Shown here piece after piece: positions 40,541-55,025 of a stretch of 64,000 nt of DNA. Below the pieces are notes generated by a model that searched no databases, had not been told where the DNA came from, and saw only the letters and a list, made by a program, of their open reading frames with translations. How positions within the stretch are numbered: the stretch's first letter is position 1; every line of letters starts with the position of its first letter. Source of the DNA: Octopus bimaculoides (lineage: Eukaryota). Both the position numbers and the translations under genes were made by a program. The stretch covers positions 106,601,102 to 106,665,101 of the forward strand of contig NC_068985.1 of the NCBI RefSeq assembly GCF_001194135.2, written 5' to 3'.

Positions 40541-41559
40541 GATTTACATACACACAGATATGTATGCATTGTTGATTGAAAATACAGAAAAAACATCAAA
40601 ATTATATGGTGCACCAGCATGACCGCAGCCACTTGGCTGAAACACATAAATAAATAAATATATATATACAAAAACAATGATAAAAACACCCCAATTTGGA
40701 GAGCAAAAAAGGGGAACAATTTAACAATAACAAAATCTAAAAATCTAAAGGAAGACATGTATTATGACAATGGTTTGGATGCACTGGTTAGTTAACATTA
40801 GTCCTATCACAAAGCACAATATATCTGTAGGACTATTTCTTAACTTGGATCAATTCCAGTGTCAGTGGTGTTAAGGATTGGAAAGTCAGGGTGGAATGGA
40901 TGTTTAATGTTTCATAGAGAATTTCTGCTAGCCAGGTTAATTGGGGAAACCAAATTTTAACTTATAGGTTGGTAGCTGAGAGTTAAATATACACCTGAAT
41001 AAAATACTGACCTTTAGCAGATGACTTTATTAGTAAAAAAAAAAATGTAGAAGGAAAAAAAGAAGGTTGCAGCTCAGAGTATATGTTCACAATAGTGAAG
41101 TGAAATTAAAAAGGGGAAGACCACATGAACTGTATTTGAATTCAGAACCTAAGAAGAGAAACTAAACACCATATGTTGAATCCGGAATGCTACTAATTCT
41201 GTCATAAAAATAATATTCATACTAAGAGGCAATTTCTTTACAGTTTATTCAGAGAAAGATGGGTGAGTGCTCATAACCTTTCTACAGGGCCTTTGATACT
41301 GGTGGGTGAAGATGCATGGCCTAGTAGTTAGGGTGTTACATTTATGATAGTAAGATCAGGGCTTCAGTGCGTTGTGCTTTTGAGCAAAACACTTTATTTC
41401 ATGTGGCTCCAGCAATAACTGGGAAGATAACCCTGTAATGGACCAGCATCCCATTCAGAGTTTAGCCAAACGGTCACCACTTTTAGTAGTCCATAGGTGT
41501 GTGTGGTAGCTGAGTGTGCGATGCTTGGCTAAGTTAAATCTTCTTCCGGTACAGACGGT

Positions 41560-42530
41560 TGGTCCAAAATGAAACAACATGGAGGTGACGGCGGAGTTAG
41601 TAGAGTGTGTGAAAATGCCTCCAAGAAGGCGAATTGTTTGTTCAGTCCACTGGGTCATTGAGAGAACTTGCTGAGCAGCCAGCATTGATGTGAGTGAAAG
41701 AGCTACATGTTGAGAGTTCTAAAGTGAAGGAAGTAAAACTCTCTAGTGAGAAATGGCGACTGTCATGCTTTATACAAACGCCAAACTGGAAGCAGAAGGA
41801 AACGCTCCATTCTAACCAGTCACAGAGAATGACACAAAAGGTGCAACCACACAAAATCAACTGAGCCAACTTTGAAATGGAGAAATGTATATTTGCAGGT
41901 AAGCCAATATCAAACATAGAGCTGCTACAGTGAGCCACCATAGAGAATGAGCTGGTAGGTGAAATGAACGATACTATTGAGAAAAGTGTAAAAACGCCAT
42001 ACCTCAAATGAGTTACACTCAAGAGCATGAATAAAGTTTCATAATTCTACTGGACCTGAAAATAGGTCTTATGAAAGCTTTAGAGCTCAGAGATATCAAC
42101 AAAGTTACACAATCGAGGCACCTAAGAGCATATGGCTGCTATAGAAGAAGCAGTGCCAAAAGTTTTTGCCTGTGATGACAGTGAGTCACATTGCAAAGGC
42201 AAAAAAAGTGCAGCCTGCAAGGCAGTGAGTCACCTGCAGAGGCTGAAACAGGCTGTAGGTGTCAGAAAGCGACAATGATGCAATTGAAGTGGGGCAAAAG
42301 GAAAAAGAAGTTCCAAGCTATGCAAAAAGAATTTGATGGTGATCAGGGACCAAAAATAATGCATGGAACGCAACATACTTGCAAAGAAAATGCGTTAATG
42401 AGAGAACAAGAGAGAGTTTCAAGTCCCGAAGAAATTAGTTTAGCTAGTTTCAGCTACCATGATGGACTTGCAAATGTAGATCAGCCAAAGGAGAAATGTT
42501 CTGCATGAGTCTCCGAATGTATCTGGATAA
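41560..42530 (+). mobile_element. GC/CpG-richer block containing a decayed reading frame, probably an unclassified retroelement remnant
   Basis: Long K/E/S-rich stretches broken by stops and frameshifts, with an abrupt compositional change from the flanks. No diagnostic motif recognised. Confidence 0.35.
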
Positions 42531-43214
42531 AGCAAAAATGTGACTGAACACGGAGACAACTGTCTTTTATAGCTACACTGTTCAGTGCCACCTAGCTGCC
42601 AACTACGTGCAAGATGAGATAACTCAGGGTTATCCCCCTTTTTAAAGTGAATAAACCTTATCGCATTAATGACGTCACCAGTGTTCACACATGACGCCTC
42701 CAAGAGGAAGCATGAATGCTGTGATTCCAGTCACTTATATGCCATGGAAACTGGATTGTTCAGCCTTATGAATTCTCAAACATATGACAGACCAAAGTAG
42801 ATACTGATAGATGAAAAGGAGGAATACAGAAACCTGGTCTAAATACTTACTTGCAAAGGCCACCAAAGGGTTAGGTGGCAATCATAAACCAGTTAGATTA
42901 TTTTTCTTCCTTATTCTATCCCTGCTTTAGCTTCTCCATCATTTATCTGTTAAAAATACTTGGCATTTTGTGTGGGGAGTGGTGAAGGAACAAAAATCAA
43001 TCCAAAATGAACCACAATAAATCATGTAATTTTATTCCCTTTTCAGAAGAGGGAGAGCAAGAAAGAGGAGAGAGGGAAGAGGGGTAGAAGTGGAGTCAGA
43101 TCTGATGAGAAAAATCTAACAGGCAGTAATGAAACTGTTAATTTTAAAAACACAAAATTTTATCAAAATCTGATTTGTTCACTTTCAAGTAATTCTGATG
43201 TTTATGATAACTGT

Positions 43215-43895
43215 TACTAATTCTGGCACAAAGCCAGGAATTCTGAGGGAAGTGGGAAAGTCGATTACATCAACCCCAGTACTTGATTGGAGAGAATGTT
43301 GCAAAAACATTTTGTCCAATGCTCCAAGGATCCTGTCTGCTCATTGTCTTGTTGTTAAGAATAATTCTCTGTAACTTACGCACAAGGCCAGCAATTTTGT
43401 GGGGGAAGGGATAGTTGACACCATTAACTCCAGTACTTGACTGGTTCTTTATTTCTATGGAAAGGATGAAAGACAAAGTGACCAATGCAGATCTGAACTC
43501 AGAACATAAAGAGCTGGAACAAATATTGCAAAGCATTTTTACCAACACTAATGGTTCTGCTAATACAAAACCCTAATAATAATAATAATAATATATAATT
43601 TAGGTACAAGGTCACAAATTTGTGGAGAGAGAACAGCCAAGTATACTGACTTCATAACTTATACTTTATTTTTATCAATTTTGAAAAGATGAAAAAATGA
43701 TGTTGAATTCAGTACATTTGAACTCAGAATATACATAGCCAAAAGAAATGCTGCAGTGCTCTAATAAGTTAGCTAATCTACCACCTTTACAACAATAATA
43801 ATAATTGTTTCTAATTTAAGCAGAAGGCCAGCAATTTTGAGTGGAGGGGATTAGTCAATGCTATTGGCCACACTATTTGGCTGGTACTTTATCAT
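43215..43895 (-). mobile_element. Tandem array of about 4 family A SINE copies in reverse orientation
   Basis: Repeated cacaaggcc...agtacttga...tttgaactcagaa blocks, separated in places by (AAT)n. Confidence 0.75.
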
Positions 43896-44080
43896 ATATC
43901 TTGATAGATATGTTTTGATATATCAATATATTTTGACAAATACCATTACAACACAAACTTATAGTTTAAGTGAGGTATAATAATAATAATAATAATATTA
44001 ATGATGACATAATATAATAAATTATAATATAACAAAATATAATGCCATGTGACAAAAGTGATAAAAGTTATATTGTAACA

Positions 44081-44302
44081 TTAACTCTTTTGTTATCATA
44101 TTGCGGTTGAAATACACTTTGTTTCAAATAATTTTGAAAATAATGAATAATTTAGAGAAATAACTCATTATTAAGCTGATGTTTGGAAAATAGTTTAAGA
44201 TGAAATTCTAATGGAAGACTTTAATTTAGATGACTTTAAAACAGGAAATTTGTATCATAGACTCAGGAGCAATATCAGGTGGGTTAGTAAAACAAGGGTT
44301 AA
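44081..44302. mobile_element. piggyBac-like MITE (TTAA-flanked)
   Basis: TTAA-ctcttttgttatc ... aaaacaaggg-TTAA, with degenerate TIRs. Confidence 0.55.
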
Positions 44303-45083
44303 AGATCAGACAGGGGTAGAACTGCACATGTTTCCAGTACAAGTAAAGCTTGGACATCATCCAGAACAGAACATTCATATAAAACTAACCTAGTGTCAGT
44401 TTTTTATATGTTGCTGTAAGGCCAAATTTAAAATGGTTGCAGCTTCAGTTGCAGATAATTGGCATTCAAATCGAAATACATTTTATTTGCTGATGTAATG
44501 ATGGATTTTCCATGTAGTCATCCAACCTGCTCGAGATAGCAGCCATATCTCCCTCAAATCACACTTTATAATATATAAAAGGAAGGACACATTTATAGTG
44601 TGCCAGAAAAAAATGGGTTAGTCATAATTGGGATACTTTTGATTCTAGGTTTGCAGGATCAGAAACGATTTTTGGTTTAAACAATAAGACAATTATTTCA
44701 TCTGGGTTAGGCATGGGATATCTGTTATCAATTTCAACAAAAGCTGGATGAAACTGGAAGAACATGTGAATGACTGGCATGTGTAGGTTTTTACTCATAT
44801 TTAAACTGAAGTTCAGGAGATACTTGGGGTACTAATCTGATAAGCTAAGCAAGTCAACTTGAAGTGGGGACTATAAAATGTTAAAGCAATTGACAATAAA
44901 TATTTTTTTAAAAATGCATTAACTTCATGTGGTTTCTTTGCCACGTTCTACTTGTGATTACAGGTTGTGGCACATACATTGATGTCATGTCATTTAGGGT
45001 TAGAAAATGAATACACACACAAAACATACTAAAGAACCCACATAATGACAATACTTTGAGAGTTGGTTTCAATTTAAGAAAGC

Positions 45084-45151
<68 letters not shown>

Positions 45152-48037
45152 GTATGTATGTATAAATTGTATACATAGAAAGATAGAAAGAAGTATAAAG
45201 AAAGGAAAAAGAATGAAAAGGTGGATAAGAGAATGTTAGTGAAAGAAGTAAAAGTACAATTTATCCCAAACTAAAAGGATCAACCCTTTCTCAAAAGTAA
45301 AATAGATAAAAAAATTTTTGATATGTCTAAGATTTGACATTTCAAAATTAGGCTAACATACACACACACATGCACGCACGCACGCACATACACAGAGTAT
45401 GTGAAAAAATTCTTCAAAGAAAGGATATATTTCTGCAGAGAAATTAGCTATTTGAAAATATTTATTAGAGATAATGATATTTAAATTTCTCTTCATAAAT
45501 GTGATAGCTAAGCTGAATATTAGATAAGAAAGAAAAAAAATCATGGAATCAATTTCAAAAGTATTTATTTCTGCAATTGCTGTGCTAAATATATAATACT
45601 TACTTAAGAATGTACTAATTAAATCTAGGATATCTAACAATTTCTAAAGGTCACAGAAACAACTATGCAAACCTTATGAGAAAACCTTCATGAAGAGTTA
45701 TTCAGTCATGTAATATGGGAATTTTCCTCAACAAACTCTTTATAAGACCAAGTCAATAAGGGATCCTCAATGTGGTTATTCAACCTGCTAGAAATAACAA
45801 CCAAATCTCTCTGATACTACGTCCTACACATTAAAAAAGGAAGGACATACTGAATAACATACATCAGAAATACTAAATGAATAAAACCTAAGTTGGTCAT
45901 GATTGAAATGCCTTGCTGCATGAATCTGCTGGGTCAGGTTTAATATGGAGTTAAACAATAATTCCCAACAAACTTAAAAAAACAAGAGTGTGGCTACCAT
46001 AAGCATGTCCAGTGACTTGGTTAATTGACAAGCTCAGTGTAAAGGCCAAATCTCTCTCAGTAAAATTCTTACCATCATTAAGAGAGAGGTTGAATAACCC
46101 ACAAATGGAACTGCTACACAATAACATGGCCTGTTAAATGCGGCAGCTACACTATATAATCTCTAATATTACTGTAATGTGTGTTTTAGTCTCTTTTTCA
46201 AATCAATTTTTATTTATGATGATGATCATCAACTTTTAATATCCATCTTCCATGCAAAGGGTTGGATCGTTTAACAAGATCCAACGGGTTGGAGGACTGC
46301 ATTGTGCTTCAATGTCTTGCTTTGGCATGATTTCTATGGCTGGATGCCCTTCCTAATTTAAAACCTCTTTACAGTGTTCTGGGTACTTTTCTACAGCACC
46401 AGTACAAATGTAGTTTCTATGTAGCCTGTAAAACTAAGATCCCCTTTGAATGAGTAGGTCTATAGTAGGGAAGGTAGCCTTTAAGCTGGGTTATGAGAGG
46501 GTTAAAAAATGAGAGAAGGGGGTGGAACAGATTTCTTTAATTTTTTCAATTTCTTCATTTTCAGTTCCTCAACACTTTTGTTTTACACAAAAACTTTGGA
46601 AAATTTGTAAAGCTTTTACTTTTCTAAAAACAGATATTGTCTTATTTTAAAAATTAAGTTCTATACTGAAGATGAAATAACCATAACTAGATTGTTGGTC
46701 AAATGATTCATTAGTTTTCTTCCAGTTCACTAGAGGTCTACTGAAGCAGAGCTGACCAACAACAACAGCAACAACGATGACAACAACAGCTACAGCTACA
46801 ACTGATAGCAGTAAAACAAATCCTGTCTCAACTTGAGCTCGCTCTCTTCCTCATCATATGTGTTATGGGTTTCTCTCTTTGATCCCTTAGATTCATATTT
46901 TAGATCAACAGATTGTCATGCAGTAATAGAATATACCTGGTAGATAATTAATAAAATTAAACAAATGAATAAATATAAATATAAATAAAGCAAATATTGA
47001 AGTGTTTTTAGGATGACTGCTTTAATAAAGTCACATAATCAGCATCCATATTGATAAAAATTTCATGAATGCAGATTTTAGGAAGTTATTTTTTGTTCAT
47101 TAATAATTTAGATGTATTAAACCAGGTCTATTCTATCGGTTTATAAGTAGAAAGTTATATCTTAGTTCAAATATCATGCAGCTTTATCAGCCAGGTTATT
47201 TATTCTCCAGATGTTGGTTGGAAGAAATTTGCATACAAATAAGACCATATTACTTCCCTTATCTTACTGAAGCCAGACAGTAACAATTCTTTGAATACTG
47301 TGTTGGAGCTAGCCAACAAATAGCGGTTACCACTGGAGCCAGTTAGCAGAGGATCCTTATTCTACTAGAGCCGGTTCCACTTGTCAGATATGTTGCTGTA
47401 AACTGTTTACTAATACTCTATAATTTAGCACTGACAATGATAAATGATAAACGAACTCAAGTGTTGTACCTAACTGGAGTTAGTCACCTTCCACTCATTA
47501 TTCCTCTCTTCACAAAACTGTGAACCTAATCTGGAATCTAAGTGACAAACTTCTGTCTTGATTGTTCTATTCAGTAGTACTTAGTATCTGTTTATAAATG
47601 TTAACTGTCAAGGAACTAGTAGTGTTTCTACAAACAAATTATTAAGTACTGTGGGGAATCATTAGTATGATAAGGGAGAAACTATTACCATTATTATTAT
47701 TGAATAAAAATTATGACTATTTTAAAATTAAGTACTGTCAGAGTTGCTGAAGATTTAATTTTTGAACTTGCTGAGGTCACATTACTGACATTAATTCTCT
47801 GAATAAATCATTTAGCAACTTGTAGGATGATCTCTAAAACCATCCATGATAGAATTTTCAAATATTCTACCTGTTGGTTACAAACTGTCTCCCACTGTCT
47901 ATGCCCTTGTTACTTCATTAAACAAGCAAGTGAAAGAGAAACAGACCCATTTCTTCCTTTCCGTGTCTGGTGTTAATACATATATATATATATAAATATA
48001 TATATATACACACATACATACAAGTATGTATATACAA

Positions 48038-48082
<45 letters not shown>

Positions 48083-48700
48083 NNNNNNNNNNNNNNNNNN
48101 NNNNNNNNNNNNNNNNNNNNNNNNNNNNNNNNNNNNNNNNNNNNNNNNNNNNNNNNNNNNNNNNNNNNNNNNNNNNNNNNNNNNNNNNNNNNNNNNNNNN
48201 NNNNNNNNNNNNNNNNNNNNNNNNNNNNNNNNNNNNNNNNNNNNNNNNNNNNNNNNNNNNNNNNNNNNNNNNNNNNNNNNNNNNNNNNNNNNNNNNNNNN
48301 NNNNNNNNNNNNNNNNNNNNNNNNNNNNNNNNNNNNNNNNNNNNNNNNNNNNNNNNNNNNNNNNNNNNNNNNNNNNNNNNNNNNNNNNNNNNNNNNNNNN
48401 NNNNNNNNNNNNNNNNNNNNNNNNNNNNNNNNNNNNNNNNNNNNNNNNNNNNNNNNNNNNNNNNNNNNNNNNNNNNNNNNNNNNNNNNNNNNNNNNNNNN
48501 NNNNNNNNNNNNNNNNNNNNNNNNNNNNNNNNNNNNNNNNNNNNNNNNNNNNNNNNNNNNNNNNNNNNNNNNNNNNNNNNNNNNNNNNNNNNNNNNNNNN
48601 NNNNNNNNNNNNNNNNNNNNNNNNNNNNNNNNNNNNNNNNNNNNNNNNNNNNNNNNNNNNNNNNNNNNNNNNNNNNNNNNNNNNNNNNNNNNNNNNNNNN
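48083..48700. other. Assembly gap (N run) between (TA)n and (AG)n
   Basis: Directly visible. Confidence 1.
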
Positions 48701-48766
<66 letters not shown>

Positions 48767-50034
48767 TAGCAAAAGTACACATGCACACTAATATGTACAT
48801 TTGCATTACAAATCTTCTAGATGTTTTAATCAATAACTGCTGTGGTTGTAACTACACTTCCTGGTAATAAAAGGTAACTCTAGCATAGAATAGATAAAAT
48901 AATAATGATAATAATGGCTTCTAGGGCTACTTTAACATATAATAATTATGATATTAATCATAATAGAAAAATAATAAATAAACCGTCCAGCACACATTCA
49001 GAGTTCATGCATTACTGCTTTGTGGATTTAAACTGCAGGACAGATCTGACTATCAGTGAGCATGCTGTGAAGACTGATCCACTGCCCTCCTTTGGTAAGG
49101 AAGAATGAATAGTAGACTTGCATTACCTGATAACTATGATCAAGGATGTTGTGTGTGTGTAGCGGGGTACAATTTAAACATTTATAGGCAAGGCTTTTAC
49201 CTTGGTTCAAACTCACATCAAGTCATTCAAGTTCTGCTTCAGAAGGAAAGTGAGAGTAGAGTGGGAGGTGTTTCCTTCCAGTATATCTTATGAAAGGTGC
49301 ATGTAAATGCCTAAATTTGGTGTCCTCTAACAATGCAGCAAGAACTGGGAGAAGGGACTTGCCTTTGGTAATCCAGGGTTATGTGTTGGGTGTCCTATGA
49401 GGTTGCCCCTCATATTTTGGGATCCTTCTTTTATTATATTGTTATTTCAATTTACTCTTACTTTTTATTTTTGTAGTCTCTTTATTATTGTGTCTTTACT
49501 ATTATCGTTGATTCCAGTTTTTTACTTGATGCAAGTTGCTCACTGTTTTTTATTTGTTGTTTTACTTTTGTATGTCATCTTTAAATAGAAATCATTTTGG
49601 GATAATAGAAGAAATCATTGTTTTTCTAGAATCCATTGCTCATACACACAAATCCTCCAAGTGATATATATATACATAAACAGGAATATATATATATTCC
49701 TGTATTATAGGTAAATATGATAGAAGCAGTGCATGTGTGTCTGAACTGTAAATTCAGTGGATGTTTCATAATCATTAGTCAGTTAATGACTATAATTTAT
49801 CTGACTACCTGAAAAGAAGAGTAGTATCTTTTCCTTTGTGTTTCCTTTTGCTTGTTGTGTCATCCCCCCACTTTAAATGAGTTTTGCTTCTCCCATCCAG
49901 AATCATTTTAACAAAAATTTAAAACAAGAGAATGTATAATTGTGATATTAAAGAGATTAAAAATTTATTTGTGCAATTAAAAAAAATAAAGAAATCATTA
50001 CAAAAAAATAAAACAACAGTAATAATAATGAAAT

Positions 50035-50220
50035 AAATTGTTTCTAACATAGGCACAAGGCTAGAAATTTGGAAGGGCTAGTCAATAAAACTGACCCCAG
50101 TACAGACTGGTACTTTATTTTATCAACCTCCAGAGGGATGAAAGGCAAGGTTGACCTCAGTGGAATTTGAACTCTGAATGTAGAGCCATTTTATCCAATG
50201 CTCTACTGATTCTACCAAAG
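50035..50220 (-). mobile_element. tRNA-derived SINE, family A
   Basis: Reverse complement matches the 16381 copy (ggatgaaaggcaaggttgacctcagtggaatttgaactctgaa). Confidence 0.8.
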
Positions 50221-50473
50221 GAGTACAAACAATTGTAGAAAATGAAAAGAAGAATATAAATCCATATAAAAACTATGTTTACAGATTAATTTACCTTTTT
50301 GTACAAATGGGTTTGTTTCAGGAAGCAAATAGTAATTATACACACCTTGTTATAGTTTGTGAGGTAAAAATTGTAATCTTCCAGTTTACATATTATTTAA
50401 AGAGGATTTAATACCTGTGTGTGTGAGTGTATATATACATACATATTTTACATATATAGTAATTTCTTTTGTG

Positions 50474-50522
<49 letters not shown>

Positions 50523-50763
50523 CAGGTTCACTTCCCATTCCTTTTCATATCTAATTAAAATTTTAATTAATTAAAATTTATTGCTTATCTCCTCTGGCAT
50601 TTTATGACCGAAATTAGCCATTTGGAAAATGATCATTCTCATGGCTGAGGTTGTAATTTTGATTAATTAAAATTTCTTGGCTTACTATATCAAGGATGTC
50701 CACTTTACTCACAAATTTTCATGCAGCAAACACCCTTGAATATTTTTTTCACAGTCATTCTCT

Positions 50764-50794
<31 letters not shown>

Positions 50795-52253
50795 CACACA
50801 CATGCAAGTATGTATGAATGTCTTTGTGTGTATCAAAATGCTAATTTAGTATAATATACAATGAGTACACAAGTATGTGAGAAAGAGAACAATTTAAGGA
50901 GGAGTCAAGCAGGATTTTATGCAAAATCTCTTAGTTATACTCACTATGATAAATCCATTTGCAAGCCCAGTCATGACATTACAGGGATAGGAACTGGAGC
51001 TGTGATAATCATAGTTTCCCATGGTTTACCATGAGTTTTCCACCGCTACCAACAATATCCACCATAGATGTGAGTGTGTATATATCATCAACATTTTCAA
51101 ACTGACATAGATCTGATGGGTTGTCATGATCCATGTCAGTTCTAATTTGGAGGTACTACACTTCTAGATGGGTTACAGGACCACACCTTGCTTATTCAGT
51201 TCCTGTGGCTGGATACCCTTTCCAACACCAATCACTTTCCAGAATGCACTGTATGCTTTTTATCATGGTACCAGCACTAGGGTGGTTGTCAGCTCTTCAG
51301 AAAGTTCAAAGAGCTCTCCCCACTCTACATTATCTCTGTTCATTTGTCAAGCATTTTACAGAGTGTACTGGATATATTTTATCATGGCATCAGCACTAAA
51401 GAGGTTCCTTTGTCTCTTGCAAGACAAGTTATCTCTGTTTGCTCAGAGCAAACATGACCAAGAGTGTAAATAGAAATAAGAGGATAAGAATGAGTGATGA
51501 AAGGAGACGGAGTGGTAAGAACAAGAAGGTGATTGAGTAATGGAAAACAGTGATAGGTAGCTCCATGTTAAGAAGAGACAATGTGATAAACAGAGGGAGA
51601 TTGATGCATGTCAACAAAGATTGATAGGGGATGATGTAGAATAAAGGAGAATGAAGGATTGAAGGATAGCAATAAAGATGGGTAATCATAAATGAGAGAG
51701 CAACTGATGGGTAGCAGCAAAGATCAGCAATGGCAAGAGAAAATTATGATAATCCACAGAGGAGTAGAAAGTATTGAACACATTTCCGAGGCTTTCCTTT
51801 GTTACACGGACACCATAATAAAAGAGAGGGACAAAGTGATGGAGAAAGAGAGGTATAATGATAAACAGTAATGGTTGGTGGGACTGACCACACACACACA
51901 CACTCATATGTGATCCAAGTCAATTCATAAATGTCTCACCAATTTGCTTCAGTACATCTTTGTGGATGAGATGCTATCTCCACACTAAATATTTGTAAGG
52001 AGAACCACAGTCAAATGCAAAAGATTTCCTTTCTCCATGGCTCATATTAAGGAAACCAAACTGAAAGTTGTTGATGAATGATTTTGAAATGTAAATACAT
52101 AAATATAAATTTAGGAGCAATAGGAAGAGAATGAATAGTGAAGAATACTCTGGAGATAAACCATGAGATATCAGTTCAATCTCACTTAACTCTGTCATTA
52201 ATTGTTCTCTTTCTGCAAGTGTAAACGTTTGCAAAAATTTCTATTTTTATATT

Positions 52254-52292
<39 letters not shown>

Positions 52293-54099
52293 ATATGTAT
52301 ATGTGTGTGTGTGTGTGCGTGGATAGGTTAGATAGATTGATATGCAAGTATATGTATATATGTATGTAAATACACGCACAAACACAAAAATATGATTTAT
52401 TAGGAGTGGAATTCTTTTTTGCATATGTTTTAGAATGCATAACTGGAGAGTCAATGAACCACTTTAATGTTGAGCTGTTCACAATTTTGACCTGGTGAGA
52501 GACATCAGACAATCAGATGAGCTGAACATTAAACTGGTCAATAGACTTTGTCATGTATTTAGCCAAACATGCCATATATTAACATATTTCCACATGCATA
52601 TGTAAGTGTAGTATAGGATGTAGTGGTTAAATTCAAACTTCTAAACAGTCTCCCATAAATCTTGGGTAATTAAGCTTGTACCATATTCTGCTTAAAAGCA
52701 AATAAGCCCAACATAAAAAAAATAAAGAAAAACACTGCAACTATAATTAATAGAAAAGACCTTCAATCACAAAGAACTTATAAATGGTTACACAAGGTTA
52801 ATAACTAGGTTTTTGTTAGGAAAAAGAATATAAAAGGTTGGATAAAAGAGTGCAACGAAAGGGGCTCATCCTGAATTTTTATGACAACTTTGCCTCCATA
52901 GTTACACAAGACTATAAATCAGTTTGTTGATTTTATTCCTCAGGTAATACATTCATTGTTAACTAGAAGAATGACAACAGTAACATAAATTAACTCAAGT
53001 ATGGATACAAGCTTGTTATATTAGTCATTATTTTAGTGTATTCAAGTGGGTGTGTGATTTTTATTTTTAAATGGTTGTCTTTGAAAATGGATATATAGTT
53101 GTTGAACGAATTCTAATTCTACATAAGTATTGATCTTGTTACTATGGAGACATATCAGAGTACTGTATGAAGTTGTATGTAAGGCATATTTGAGACCTGC
53201 AACAACAGTACAGAAAAACTGACAGGGAGTTCTTAATATGTCTCTTTTTAGACATCAAAATAGATGCCCAGATGAACATCCAAAATTAATAATAATAATA
53301 ATAATAATAAGAGAACAATAATAATGATGATGTTTATCAGAGACTGAAATAAGACTGCATACCATCCAAAGTTTAAGTGACAGAGTTGAGTTATGGTTAA
53401 TATGATTATAATTTTTTGGACTATTAACCTCACCTTTAGAGATGGAACATATTTTAACTACACTATGTTTCCATTTAAAAAAAAATATTTTTTCTCTCTT
53501 TGAGAACTGAAACAATGATACTGAATCAGCTCATGGGTAAAGTTTAAAAATATGTTATGATGATATAGATAGAAGAGAATTCTAAGATATCAGGAATTTT
53601 GTGAACTTTACTGAACAGAGGTCAGTTAACACAGACAGTCATTAGTTCTTTTCGATTCTGGTATATTTCTCAGCTCCTTGGTAGCTTCTTTGATTCTATA
53701 GTAGATAATCCTAATAATAATTTCTAATTTTGCCACAATAGCGGAAATACTGGAGGATAGTGTGTTTGATTCAATCAACCCTCATTGCATAGAGTTGATT
53801 AAATCAAAAGGCAAAACTGAATACTACACAGATATTTTGTTTGATATGCTACTGGTTCTGAAATGTTTCACTGAAGCTTTGCTTAGTAAGGATAAGAAAA
53901 AATTCAATGTTGAGACTTTGATGCATCTTCTAGCATCATTAGAACACTAACTGAAATAGTTCCAATTGGGAACCAAAACCAGGTCCGCTGTCTCTTTCTA
54001 TTCATTGAGGATTAACTGTACCATTTGAACATCAGTCAGAAGAAAGAAGCTAGTTGTGAGGATGATGATAGCAAGCGACAAGAAATCAGTGTATCAGAG

Positions 54100-55025
54100 T
54101 TAAAATCTCCGATGTGCTTGAGGTGCTCCATACATAGGTGTTGACAACAGGTTTTCAAAACCAACATTATCTGAGATGTTGTGGAGGCTGTAGTCAGATG
54201 CTGACATTTGATTGCAACCCGGTGCTAAATGAGTATTATGCGTTCTGTTTAAAAAGTGGGACTGCGTATGTGCATATCTGGGATCCCTGACATATGACAC
54301 TGGCACCAAAGGGTCAATATCACACAGTGATGGCATTGAAATACTACCATATATACTTGCTGGCTGTGGCACAGGTACTGAATGAGGAGCACCACACTCA
54401 GAGGATCTATTATAAAACTGTTCAAAACGAGTCTTAGGGTTCACAGGTGAAGATTGAGGAGATGGCATGTAGTGTTGTCTTTGATTTTGGCCAGCTGGGA
54501 AATACGTCATTTGATCATAGGAATACTGAGGTTGAAGTTCATGTAGATCTTTAAATCCTAGCTTACTATGACTTGGTGTTGATCTTAAGAAAGGTAAGTT
54601 GGAAGCATAATTAGTGATTTGGACATCAGAACTTGTTTTGAAGTGATGTGGAGAAAACTGGGCATTTGGTCTAGCTACCATAGTTACTGGTTGCAATTTG
54701 GGCAAACCAATGCCTCTGTTATTAAAAGCAGGTACTTCAAAGGGACGGTAAGGTCTGTTCATGCCTGTTTTCTTTGAAGTTTGCTCTGGCTGATATGGAG
54801 GGCTAGTATAGAACTTAGGTGATTCCTCAGGTAGATCAATTGGTTTTGCTCTCATTGGAGCTCTACGATGTGGCCTGGAAACCAAACTGGGAGATGGTGT
54901 TGAAGCTGTATCCGAGTAATTTAATGGAGGAGCAGAAGGTTGAGGCCGAGCTGGTGCTTGATCTTCTCCATATTTATCCAATGTTCTTTGTTCATTCAAA
55001 TCTTCCAAACTACTTTCACTAGACT
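54100..55025 (-). CDS. Large terminal coding exon (926 nt including the stop) encoding a P/S/Q/Y-rich, probably disordered C-terminus of an unidentified protein
   Basis: The only long non-repetitive ORF in the window. Its Met-proximal part is a pyrimidine tract, so the real start is the acceptor ttatgtcattgttgatAG at 55027-55026 (phase 1). It reads xSSESSLEDLNEQRTLDKYGEDQAPARPQPSAPP...GAPQAHRRF*. No strong internal donor was found. Confidence 0.85.

Noticed and set aside
39819-40575. ORFs of 190-295 aa here and at 47899-48833
   Set aside because: They span N gaps and are artefacts.
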